Assembly (NCBI GenBank): GCA_002633005.1
Contig: NMRA01000259.1
Location: 525,181 to 589,180 of the forward strand
Length of the DNA: 64,000 bases
From: Phoronis australis
Taxonomy: Eukaryota > Animalia > Phoronida
Reading direction: 5' to 3'
Shown here piece after piece: positions 16,601 through 30,000 of the stretch. The stretch's first letter is position 1. Each line of letters opens with the position of its first letter. A model generated the notes under the pieces. That model saw nothing but the letters and a program-made list of their open reading frames with translations. It did no database searches and was not told where the DNA came from. Made by a program: the position numbers and the translations under genes.

Positions 16601-18025
16601 GGGCAGAAATTAAGACTCGTAAGGACAGCAGCATTTTGTGACAGGGACTTCACAAATGTTAATTCAAGTGCTGATTTTTCCAAATGGAAACAACCGTGAC
16701 TGCAGCAACTTGCATACCAATGGCATTTGCTGCTCTGAAAAATCTGTAAGCAGATAACATGTGAATAACACAGATAACGTGTGAATAACACGAGGGAAAG
16801 AGAAGACGACCCGCAATCAGGGAGGGTTAAAAAATGTAGCATCTCGCACGTTAGACCAAGAGGGTCACGCATATGAAAGCTCACAACCTTCTTGCTACAC
16901 AATACGAATATGGCCGCCACTGAAAACAGAAAGGCAAGACATAACGACTGCTGAATTATGGGAGTAAACGGTGATCAACCCTACTCACCAATGAAGTCAT
17001 TGCTGCCTTCAAGTACCTAGTCATTGTTTATTAAGTATTGAATAAGTCCCCAACTGGTAACATGCTTAATGGAGGACACCAAGGCAAACTAAGCACCTTT
17101 ACAGAACCAGAGTTCAAGTCAATTTATCAGTTCTCTAAAGAGCTGGGTTGAAGGATGTCAATCAGACCATTGGGACGCCATTAAACTCCCATCAGAGCAG
17201 GGAACAGTGCCTGTTGTATCAGAACCTTGAGGTGAATTAAGGCTGACTATTACATCAACATTTTAGTCACACTTCTGTTGCTCAGCAACAGAGGTTTTTA
17301 GAAACAAAATACAGAAGTTGATACTGGAGTGCACTTTGAAAGGTGATATGTCTAAAATTTCATCCCATCAATTACACCTCCATTTTAATGAACACCCTGT
17401 GTTTATAAACAGTGTGTGAACACAGACAGGCAGCAGGTTTTAAAAGAGCCACCTGAACGCCATCTGGTGTAAGGTCCGCATTTACACACTGAAAAGGCTT
17501 GAACATGGAAACCCCTAAAACACAAGAGTTGGACAAATTTGAAACTGAGACTTTATACAATAAACTTTTTGCCCAATGACTTTTAGGGACCAACTGCAAA
17601 ACAGGGATTTGGAACCAGACATAAAACATGGCAAAGACATTAGGATTAAAAAAAATCCGATTGGTTCATTAGAGTCGACTCAGATCGGCTGATGGTTTTT
17701 CAAGTGCAAAATTTTCGTCAAGGGAATGCACATATTGGATGGACAAATAAAAATAATTGAAAAAATATGTTTCTCCTGCACTATGAAATCAGCTATCTTC
17801 TTTATCAACTTAGCAACTAAATTGCATGGTAAAGCGTTTCCATACTAACGTGGACGTGTCTATGCTTTGCGGAGTTGCCGTCAGTATGTACGGTTAACTT
17901 CGACCCTGGCTTGAAGTTAACAATGCTAGCCAACAATGCAGTAAACAAGTAACAATGCCCACTGCTATCGGATCATAAAAAAGGGCAGTGTCAATTCAAC
18001 CTTGCATGTTGAAGTACTGTTTAAT

Positions 18026-18530
18026 ACTAAGTTCACATGAGTGCAAAAATGCTAGCAGTTTGACTGACTAAAACCACAGGAAAAACACTAGTGTTTTAGC
18101 CAGTCAGATGAGAGGTCCACGAAGGGGGCAATTTTTGCCAGCAATTAATTTCCTCACCACTCCAGCTGCTTTGAAGTGAAAATTAATGTCACAACCAGTT
18201 CACTCTCTGACATAAATTGACTGATATGGAGATAGGACAAAGCACCTCGTTGAATTTTGTGACACCACCTTGGGCATGTAAGGTGGCGATCCATGGTGAA
18301 AAACTAACTGACGCCCCTTTCTCCTTGTTACCCCTAAGCATGTGTGTCCTTTGAAGTAGGCGACCTGGCTACAAAATTGCTAGCAAAAATGCCAGTTGTT
18401 TTGGGTAACTCAAACCTCCAGCAAAGCGCCAGCAAAAGTGACCCTAGCAACCATTCACACTAGAGGTGTTTTTGCAGCAAGCGAAAGTGCTGGTGAAAAC
18501 CCCAGCATTTAGCCAGCATGTGAACCAGGT
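18026..18530. mobile_element. Degenerate Harbinger-like MITE
   Basis: Inverted ends ACTAAGTTCACATG...AAATGCTAG and ACCTGGTTCACATG...AAATGCTGG; TSD unclear. Confidence 0.4.
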
Positions 18531-21500
18531 TAGTCACCAGAACAGATAGAATTTCATTCACTGAACTAACCCAGTGAGGTCATGGACTAAGTTATTGTAT
18601 ACAACACACACTGAACACTCTGTTGATGATGTCAAAGCCACTGTTTCCTCCTTGTGGATGAAGTGATAGGCTACCATACTAGGTTTCATATTTCACTTCA
18701 CTGGTCCAAAGGTAATAGACAATTATAGCAGTCACTGACTGATGAAATTTTTGTTTTTAATTTCACGATCTCATCAGTTATCCTTTAACGATAGGTGATT
18801 AACTTTAAAATGCTTGCTTTATACAATTTCCTCCTAAGTAATAGAATTAAAATCAAATATTACCATGAAACTCATAAGCTTAAAAGTACACAAGATCTGA
18901 GCCATGCAGTTAGTATCCTTTGGACTCATTCATTTACGGACACACACAGACAAAAGCAATATAAATTTTGACAAAAGGTCGCCAGAAAAAATGATACTCG
19001 CCTAATAGCTGATAAAAGCCAACAGAATGTGAATTCCCTTGAAGATAACCTAATGATTTCCTGTCTACAGCTGTCCAAGAGGGTCTAGTGATTCAGGCAG
19101 CGATATTAGCCTCATATCCTTGCTGGGGTAGTATTTGTTTTAGGTATATTTTTAACAGAGTGTAATGAATCATTTACACAATCAAAGCAAATGTCTGTCA
19201 AACAGTATTAACGGTTGAAGACACAAACTGAAATAGTCGGCAGGAGAACTCTGTATTGAGGGATGAGATTTTGCAAAAAATAGAGTTTAAAATCGACACG
19301 AACGCCTCATAATAGACCAGATAGTTGAACTGCTTGTAAAAATAACAGATGCTAAATAGCCCGTAAATGAATAAGACCTTGTGGATTTACCAACCTGAAC
19401 CAAGAGGGAAACCAAAACCTTGAGCAAGCAACGCAACTGTGCAGTAACTGCTGGATTATACCTAGTTGAGGGTTAGGGTTACGGTTGGGGTTAGGGATCA
19501 CCAACAAGACTTCAGAAGACATGCATTTTAGTAAGAAAAAAATTGAAAATTTCCTATTTGGTACAATCTTGCACCTTACTCGCAAATTCACGCCTTGGTC
19601 CCGCTAATTGCCCAAGCCAGAACGGGCGACTCGGTACTCACCAGGTTATGCTGGTGAACAATGGTATCTCTTTCTTACATCCAAATATACCGAAAGCACA
19701 AAGAAGATCCATCAGTGTGTCATCTGAGGGCTACATGGTCCCCCATGACAAGCAAGGGTTCTACCCATAGAATGCATGAAATTCTATGGTAGGACCCTAG
19801 CAGTCACTCATTGTACAATTCTGCGCATAATTTGCGCAAACCCCCCGTTGTCATTTTTCTATTTTTAAAAGGCTGTATTACCTTCAGGCAAACAATGGAA
19901 ATTTTGGCAAACAATGTTTTGAGACATCTACACTAAAAAAACAATCTGACAATAGACTAAAATTTTCCTAATGTTCATTTCTTTGTTGAGATATGTGACA
20001 AAATAAATGTTCACCTCTCAGCTATATTGTGTACTAAATAGATAAAGATTTGTATACCGTAATGAAATCTGAAGAAATTCGAGAGGCCACGTTTTGTTGC
20101 ACTGGACTTACCCAACCACCCCATGATTTTTGAGTCTGATTCAAAACCCTCCGGGTGTGTAGTAGAATGGGATGTGGTAGTGAATACAAACTTGGATGTT
20201 GTAAAAGAGATGGTGAAGTAACTAGACTCGTACCTGGATTGCACCAGGTGAGTTGGAGTTCATACCATTCAATACCAGTGTACATAGCAGCACCAGTCTC
20301 ACTCTCAATACAGCATCATGTCTCATTTCACAGTACAGAACCAATCCTTGGTTCCACTGTGATAATGATAGAAGACAGACACACACTTGAGTGGTCACAT
20401 TCTACAAATCAATTGCTTCCCATTTTGAGGGTCAACACCACCCCCATAGGACACACAGAATAGATCACCACTAGTTTGATAAAGCCAGTGAATAAATGTA
20501 GGGTATTTCTAAGCACAGCCTACATGGTTTGAATACCAAATGGGGACTGCCTAGTTTAAACCAATCTTAGAGAGGAAGAGAGAGGGATGGGAGAGAGACA
20601 GTCGAGAGAAACATAATTCGGTATTATATCACAAAAAATGATAGACTTGCATGATTGAGTGGCCAGTAAAAGCATAGCTGCTAAAAACTGACCACCAATA
20701 AAGTAAAATACAGAGATGTGCTCCCATACAATTTTTTAAGATGATGTCATAAAGTCCATTTAAATCTGTTGACAAAACCTATGACATAAGTTGAACCTCA
20801 CAAACTGGCTATGGTAGTTAGTAGACAGTTTGCTGCGAAGGTCATCAATGTTATCGCAAGATGAGTTGACATTCTAAAAACGAGGCGTAGTACTATATAT
20901 ATATGGTTGGATAATAACAGAAAATAAGTGCTTGTAATGAACGAAGGGCTTATATAGATATCAAATACTTGGACAACAAGTGTCTTAACTGACAGTTACA
21001 CCTGCTGATAAGTGTAATTTCACACCCCATCACCTTGAAAAATCCATGTTTTATTGTAAATCCACCTGTTAACTACGGGATCATTCTAGAAAAATATGAT
21101 TATGGATGAACTGATCTACGTGGACTCAAGTCTCTGGTCCGTTTGGAGGACCTATGGGCCATGCTAGTAATCCGTACTTTTTCTTTCTAATTTTAATGGG
21201 ACCGTTGGCCCAAAATAAGCATGCACACCTTCAATGACGTGGGGCGTGCTCCTAAAATTACTCCTAATTAACTTGCCCTCTTAACTTCGATCAATGACTG
21301 AAACTAACTGTTCATGCCGATCAAAATGCTTGAAAAAATCGACACTGGTATGAAAGGTCCAAGTTAGTATCAGATATCAAAAACGGGCGACAGAAGAAAT
21401 TACGGAAGAATAGAGTCCAGAGCTTTCTTACTAAAGTTCATGTTATGCAAAAGCATTTACTTTTGAATGTAAATACCTTAACTTTGCCACCATTACTTTT

Positions 21501-24491
21501 GGTATGTACTGTACCCTAGAACGTAAAAATCTTACACCAAAACCCCCACTTGATTCAAGCACTCTGACCCTCTTGATCCAGTCACAGCTTCCGCCATCCA
21601 AGGTTATTGCGCCAAAAAATAACTATAACCACACCGCAGCATAAATTCAGTCAGAAACTGCGATATCTCAAAAACAAAACTACATATAAGTAAATGTGAT
21701 GGTAACTGTCTAATTAGGATTTCTAGCAAATCCCAACATTGTAATTAGGTTTTTTCCGAAACACTCTTACTCTGTAAGCACAAACGTGCTCTTTCAGTTT
21801 CTACAATAGCAACATCCAAAATTCCATAGTGCTACTCTCAAATTCAGCAGCATTACCCACAATGCATCACATCCGTAGGGCACATGTCATTCTCATGGCA
21901 GTAAGTTTCACAGTTGAACAGAAAGTAGCAGTATTGTGATCAACAAATAAACACACTGGTTGGAGTGAGATATTGGTCTTCAACTCTGAGCCCACTCGGT
22001 GGCCTAGCCATGCAACATGTTTTACATTGGTTTTTTAAGTACACTACACTGATTCTGACAGAGTTCTACTAGACTATGCCAAACTGAACAAACTTATTGC
22101 CAAAATCGTTTGCCACAATAAAATATCGGTTTTGTTATACTTAAGTCGGAGCTTAAAGTGACATTTTCATGCCCAGTCAAGAGGACTTACAAGGTAAGTT
22201 GATACAAATTTGCAGGAATTGAAACGCCTTCTAGCCAAAAAGGCATACACGTTCAGTCGTTTTGTGCATTGAAACTATCAAATTTCAGTGCTGTCAAATT
22301 TACTTTGACAACTACTTTAACTCCACAAAGGAGGAAAGTCGAATACATGACTTGTCTATCGCTCAGTGCTTTGTGTATTTAGTTCATAATTTAAGACAAA
22401 AAAATTGACAGCAAATTCTCCAGAATAAAACCTACCTGAGCATCTGCCTACAACAATAAAAACGTGCAATTACAAAAGCTTTTAGCAGACAAACACGTTT
22501 TGTGTCATTAAACATTAAAACATTTTCAAAGCACACTAATCAACAATACGCAAAACTTGAGAGCATGAATTGCTAGCCAGATGTCACGTTTTTTGTCTCC
22601 AAAGAATATGGCAACTACAATCAGGCTAGGATCAATAACTCAATTGGTTTGTCATGACAAATGTTTTCCTAGGCAAGACAAGTAAAGAGACTTGAAAACC
22701 ACAAATCAAGTACTTATTAAATTGTACCACCATGAAGTTTAAGCTGTCTTATTTTGTAATCAAACAAGCAGAGAATGCACCTGGTTGCAGCACATGTCAC
22801 ATACCATAAAAACTGATCTTGAAATTTAAGGGCAATGAAATTAAGAGCTCAAAAATTAGGCTGCACGTCTAGTCATAACCACGACAATATCATAATTTTT
22901 TAATGGCACACAATTCTGTTAAAATACACTAACAGTGTTTGTAACGTTTCGTTCTCATGAATAGGTTGTCACGTAAATGGGCCCCCGATAATCACAGTAT
23001 TGTGTAGGCGAGCCACGCATGGGTTCACACAAACAGTATTCCGACACATGTCCTACAAGAAAATCAGGCATCAACTACACGAATAAATAACAAGCATAAA
23101 AAATGCGACAAGAGATAACTGATCATCACAGCTGGAGATGAGGACTAGAGAGACTAGGAGTAAACCAACAGGACTGTTTAAGACCATTTCAAGCCTTAGA
23201 CAACACAGACTAATGAACAGACCTTGACAAACCTATACAGTAACTCTTCACTCATTTCACACATAAATTATTGCCAAAATTAACATTTTTAGAGTTTCCA
23301 GAGGTTGACCTCCATGCAGCACATAGTGGAAACTTTATCAAATGTTGTAGTAAAACCAAGAAAATCAGATGTCATGGTTAAAATTTTCTTAATAGAACAT
23401 TAGTTTGGGAGGAAATTTACAAAGTAAATGAAAAACAGTAATGGTGAATGTCTATTCACAATTGCGACCATTATCAGTATCCCGTTTCAAAACCTTGATA
23501 TAGGGAATAATAAGTTCGCCCATCACTAATGTCTTGTTCCACGAAAAGAACAATTTCAAATCTGTAGCAATCCCAAGTGCACAATCATTGCACATTTAAC
23601 TTCAAAGTTTGTCAAAATCAAGTTTGTCCAAGTCCCTGCAAAGGTGGCAAGCAGTCAAATTTCTTAACTCCAATGGTATTCCAAAATTGTTATGAGATCA
23701 ACTGTGTAAAATTGAAATGAACTTGAGAAAAGTTTCAATTTTGAGCATTTGAGTTCATTAAGATTTACACATAGTAAAGAGTCTTGATGACTCCAACACT
23801 CAAAATCAAAGAAAATTATCAAAGCAGAAAATTGAAGATAGATACCACAATTTACACTTCAAGATTAGAGGAAATATCAAAACATCAAATAAAAAACATT
23901 GAATTTGAGGATAGGATTTTAGCACGAGAAGTACAGATAATAACTATTTTAACTTTATAGAGATTCACCAGTGATGGAGTGTTTGCCAACATTGATGAGA
24001 CACATCATGTCTGTAATCACTATACAACAATGTCTTTAGTACACTTGACTAGCTGCAGTCAGAAGGAACATATTCCCAGTAATTGACAGCAACACATTGC
24101 ATTTTCCTACAACACATTTGTGGATTGGTGACTAGTTAATAACAGTGGTGTGTATTTCACACCATTACATATCCAAATATCACTGGTCTAATGATGTGTT
24201 ATGTTTAATCAAGACATCACAACTGGGAACAAAATGGTTTGAGAGCAAAGAATACCACCAATGAATTACTGTATGGAGAAGGCTGTAATTCATGGCTTTA
24301 ATATATTCTAGTCAGCTATGCCAGTGGTAGACATCAAAGGGTTGTGTTTTATGTAAACGATATTAGAGAGAGATCAATCCTATTCCATGTGGAGTCCACT
24401 GACAGGATTGTGGAAGATAATCAAATTGGGACAACCATTGACCTACATTTCGATGCTGGTTAAGCACGGCAAGGAAACTAATTTTCAAATG

Positions 24492-24732
24492 TGGTAAAAT
24501 CTCGCCAATTTAGGAAACAATATGGTAGACTGGTGAATATTTATTTCCCCGTGCTTTCGTATATGATATAGACTGTACATGAATGATGCATGCCACAACC
24601 GAGTTCCATATAGCAGCGGAAAATAGAATTGAAAAATGTGGGCATTTGCAACAATGTAAAAAAATCCTTGAAAAATGAAAAAAATGCAATTTTGACACTT
24701 ATTTATGTTCGTAACTGGCGAGATTTCATGGT
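24492..24732 (-). mobile_element. pogo-like MITE copy, inverted
   Basis: GGTAAAATCTCGCCA ... TGGCGAGATTTCATGG inverted ends; interior is the reverse complement of the 7068/8402 family. Confidence 0.6.
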
Positions 24733-25682
24733 ACCAAACATTGACAGTACCTCTTAAAGCATTGTCAGAGCACAACTTCTGCATGACCCAATTTCAAACT
24801 CTGATGATCAAGACAGGAAGTGTTTATGAAAACACATTGCGCTTTCATTCATTCAGGGATGTTACGCCATGTTGGGAAATTTTTATGCCAATCATTAGAG
24901 CATTCCACTATATCACAGTAATGGTGATTTGATTGTATGACTATAAACACTGTGATGTACCAATACTTCCATGTCTCCAGCTAATTTTAATGTAAACATT
25001 ATTGATGTTGCCAGAGGTGCAGCAATTTCAACAATCTACCACTATGATTAGAAAATGGATATTGGTAGTTGCTTAATACTGTGTTAAAAATCAGTAGCTT
25101 GGGACACAACATGGCAGACATTTGCAATTCTGTTTTGACAATTTTCTATATCAATTACCCGAACATTTGACTGAAAATTAATACTATAAAAATCTTGAAT
25201 ATAAAAATTCACGAAGATTGAGACACATGGCAAACAGAAAGCTGAAGACTGCTTTAAGCATTACAAGCACAGTAACTAGAGGAAAGTAACAACTAAATCT
25301 GGATTACTATACAACTTCAGCTGCTTTCAAATGTGGGGCACAGGGCCGAACTGTGCAGCTGTCCCGATCGATCGGATGGACTCTGACACTCAGCACAGAC
25401 GAGATTTTACTGTGTCAGGCCTAATCAGTCTACGTTAAAGTCAAAACAATTATTTTAATTATTTTAAGCGTTATTGCTAAGGAGTTAAACACAACAATTA
25501 GAGTACTGTATTTCTGGTGAACTTAAGAGGCCTGACAATGAGGTTGTGGAGTGAGGAACCAATTACTAATACATAGGAACAAAAAGTACTCATTTGGAAA
25601 ATGGCCCGATTGACCAGAGGAAATGACCCAATCCAAACACGCTAGACCGCATTCTGTAAACACAAGAATCTCGTGGGTAAAG

Positions 25683-25938
25683 CAGGGCTTGGAATGACCA
25701 AAGACAAAAAAGAGGAAATTTTTTTCAGGTGATGTATCGTTCCGCAATAAATAGGCTTGTGAGATCGAAATATTTGTTGTGTTGTAAAATTTATTATCAG
25801 AAATAAATGTTTTTGCACGAATAAAGTCAAACTAATGACAAAAAGAGACAAAGAAACGAGGAAACTGGAAATCAAATAAGAGGAAATAGAAACCAGAAAC
25901 GAGGATATTCTCTTAAAAGAGGAAAATTCCAAGCCCTG
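25683..25938 (+). mobile_element. Non-autonomous DNA transposon, short form (256 bp), 6-bp TSD
   Basis: TIR CAGGGCTTGGAAT; TSD GTAAAG at 25677-25682 and 25939-25944. Confidence 0.85.
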
Positions 25939-26657
25939 GTAAAGCTAATGTGGTCGTGTAATTTGTTTACTATGCACGGCGACACCTCTCAAAGTTATAA
26001 ATAAACATGCATTTTGGCACATTTTCCTGTGTACGTGGAATCCAGTGCTTCTATCTAGTAACAGTGATGTGCAGAGTGACGGAGACACAAGAATCCTAAA
26101 GAACCCTGGCTGCAGTTCGATCTGGAATTAATAAACCTCAGCAATCCCTGTAGGAAAGAGATACACGCGACTTGTATTCATCTTTTTGAAAATGATAACT
26201 ATATGCACAGAAAAGAAATTCTGCCATTAAAAATATAAAACTTCAGCTGCCGTGTCTCCTGAAAATGCATTGAGGTTTCACGTTATTGATGGCTACCACA
26301 CTCGCCAGTAATAAGAACTAGGGTGTTAAATTGAGAAACGCGAAAATCAGGGGGGTGGGCCAAATTCAAGACAGGGGTTCATCACGGGAATAGAAACTGA
26401 ATTTTCAGAAGTCGAAGGAGAGCGCTAACCTGAAACAAGCACCCAGACTGTTGCATTGATGTTACTTACTTCGCAAGAGCCATGCAATACATTATAAGTA
26501 TGGGACAATATTTTCACACAAAGGAGGAACGTTAGGAAACAGCAGACATTTTGACACACTACAAAAAGGTGCATAGAATGCTGCAGTGTCTCACAAGATA
26601 ACCGGCACCCCTAACCAGGCACAATTCAAATGAGTGTGAAAATAGATCTTGAATTAA

Positions 26658-27086
26658 AGGGGAAACAACAGTTTTTTATGTCACCTTCAGTAAAATTAAA
26701 GATCCATGGTTATCTTGGAAAGACATTTTCCGCATTAAGTACTGGTCTCCTGGCGACTATTTCGTATCCATGCAACAACAGAAAGTGACATAACTGACCT
26801 AGCAAAACGTCCATATCTTCGTTCTGCATTCACATCCATCTTGCAACTACGAAACAACCAACACAGACTGCGTTTAATAACAAGACAGACGTTGTTTCTG
26901 TTCCAAGCCAGTCAATGTTCGACCAAGATGCAGGCCTTTCGCTAGGCTATTTACCTCAACTTTCTACTGTTGTATGGTTAGTAAATATACACTACCCGAA
27001 TAGCAACTAACACAGAATAATGTCTTTACAAAATAACTAAGTATATGTATTTTTAAACGTAGCATCAATAACGGTTGTTATCCCCT
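26658..27086. mobile_element. Kolobok-like MITE with TTAA TSD (429 bp)
   Basis: TTAA|AGGGGAAACAACAGTT ... AACGGTTGTTATCCCCT|TTAA. Confidence 0.7.
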
Positions 27087-30000
27087 TTAAAGGATCTCAA
27101 AGATAATTTCTAAGACGTATTAGAGTTTAGTCAAGAAGCCTGCTCAGCAAGCCTTTGAAGAAGTATGTCGTAATGGAAGTAATCAAACAAAATTACTTCC
27201 AGCTAAAGAATATTGCTAATCACGCGTACTTTAGATGAACTCTTTTGCTGTGACACCAACTCGAGTTTCAACTGAGCAACTGACATGAAACAAAGAACAT
27301 CCCGTTAAGCCTGCACCACCTCGAAACTAAAAAACAAAGTGACATAACAGTATCCGTCGAAGGCTAAAATTATCTAAGTTCATAAATTTGATCACGTAAC
27401 ATAAATTTCTGACTTCTCTCTTTCAGTTTCAATAGCAACTTCCACACAAATGTCTTATATAAGACAAGCTGATGGTTTACAGACACTTTTTTCCTAGTTT
27501 TATTCTGGATATATGCCATTACTTCGGCAGAGTTGGATGAATTTCGACAAAATTGATTGCGTTTTTTAAAAATTATTGAGTAGATTCGCAGTCTGAATGC
27601 TGTTCGATACCAACTGGGCTTTCAAGCAGGCACGGCCTCCACACTCAGCAATATAAGCAACTTCCAGTGGCCCTATGGGTACCAGAACGTTTCTCAACAC
27701 CATGACATGAAAGCAGCCTGCAGTGTACAGGTGACCTTCAGTAAGTCCAGCATGGGGTCTCCAAAAGGTAGGGATCAGCCAAAGCTTGAAGAGAACAACT
27801 TCTGGCTAAAACTATTGATGTTCTGAAAAAATTGCTCAACCTGCTATGGTGACAGACCCAAAACATCAGAGTAAGTACAATATAATGTACTTGTGGTTAT
27901 TGGCTTGATCTGATCTGCTTCAACTGATGCAGCTATTTTCTGGTCCTTTTAAGAGACACTACAGGTACTCCAGTCATTCTACACGAACTGATAACATTCA
28001 AATAATGTGAAAATTTCACCAATATTTGACAAAACAAACTGGCGAAATTGACCTTTTTCATTTTTCAAAGGCTTATAGCATTGTTCTTGAACGGCTGTAA
28101 TTTCTCATAACATTAGCTGGTGGAAGCTATGCTATAGAACTTAAAAATCCCATAAGCACTTCATGACATTTGTAAGTTATGAAAAAATGAAACGATAAAA
28201 TTCCACGTGTCTGCCATGAAATTCTTATCACTTATGAAAATATTGCATAACTGTTTGAATTTATTGAGCACTCAACTACCCTTTAAGCTTTACCAAGCTG
28301 TTGTTAGCAATAATACAAACACGCACCTCATAACCCAAATATTACAGAAAAAAGTTCACGTTTTATGAATGGTAACAGGAAACTTGTCTGTAATTGAGCA
28401 CTCACAAACAAAGGAGGCATAAACAGTAACGTAATAATGACACCACAAATATCAACATCCCCCCAAATTGCAGGTATGTAAGTCGTGTTTTTGCATCCAT
28501 GACCGTGTTTAGGAGTCCGTTATGCGTGTAGTTTAGGTACCTTGTGCCCTATTTCAGCAATCTGCAGACCAGTTTCCCATGTTGTATAGACCATATTCCC
28601 TACCCATGATTTTGAATTGAATACGTAATGTTTGGCTGGGGTAATCACTTTCACTGCTCAACTGTTCTGTCTATTTTTACATAGTTGTGTCCATCACAGT
28701 GCAGGATGCAGCTATCCTCTAGTCAAGTCTGCTAATGACCAAAGGTGTATAACTTGGACGAGAGTTGTGAAATATTACATTAGATAATCAATAATCTACA
28801 AGCTGGGATTACCCGTCCTCCTAATGGGAAGCCAGCTCCAGCAACTAATCTTGACTTATGATATGGCAAGCGTATGGAAAGCCGTGTACAAGAACCAAGC
28901 TATTAGATTTGGAGGCCTGCTTACAAATATGACTAGGAACTATGGTAAAAACTCTCCAGTCTGTGGGCCCCTAAACTTCAGACACCAGAATTAAAGTTGA
29001 AATTAAATATTCCTGCTTCTGAATATTGGAACACATATGATTTCGGCGCTCATCACATGAATTCTCAAATATCGGACAATGCGCTTTATATCGACATTCT
29101 GAAAATAGCCTTAGCAGATCACAAAATTGTCAAAAATAGCCATCACATTTTCAAACGTCTCCAAAATATGTCATCAAAGTGAATGATCGTTTGTGGATAG
29201 TAATTCTTGAATTTGGGACAGCCAACATTGCCTATTCCAAAAATTCGGTAAATGCGCTCATCTAGCAAAACAATTTATTTTTCACTGTCCCAAACTGGAG
29301 AATGTTTCACAGTTGCGACGCTAGTACCATGCAAAGCAAGGGTATTGGCGCTCACAAGGCTGGGGTAACAACCAGGTGACGATTAAATGGAAGTGATCGT
29401 AAAGACAACTCAACCTCTGTCGAGAATCGGACACAATGCAGTGTCACAAACACTACACAGAATGATTGATTGTACCCAGAACTGCACAACACCGAAATGC
29501 GACCTGAGAACACCTCCAAGTTTAGAGTGACTTCAAAGTGACTAGCAAACACGCGATGCTTGGCACCCATTACCATGATGTAGACATCACTTACAAGCCA
29601 GGACACAGGGAATTTTTGAGTGGTGACTACATGCCAAATTTCGAAGCAATTCCAACATGGGGCTACAATCTAGGGACACATGGAGTTTCGATGCCATCGG
29701 TCCGACCATCTTGGAGTCTTAGAATTTCACTAAGGGTATAATTATATTGATTACATGACATAGATATGTCTACCTTAAAAATGTGTAATACATTAGATGT
29801 GTTCGCCTTACTATTGCAGAATACATTCAGGTTAATGAAAAATGCATTTAAAATGCGAAAGTCAAGAACATGGGGGTGGAAACTAATCCATACCCTAGCA
29901 CTAATGTAATCTTTTAGAACCTTTTTAAAATTCAAGGTACTTAGCCAAATCCAGGTGTAACCCAAATGCATAAGGAATGCTTTTACCTAAGGGAAATTCT

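Noticed and set aside
19468-19497. Telomere-like TTAGGG tract
   Set aside because: About five degenerate units; a common low-complexity repeat, not a telomere
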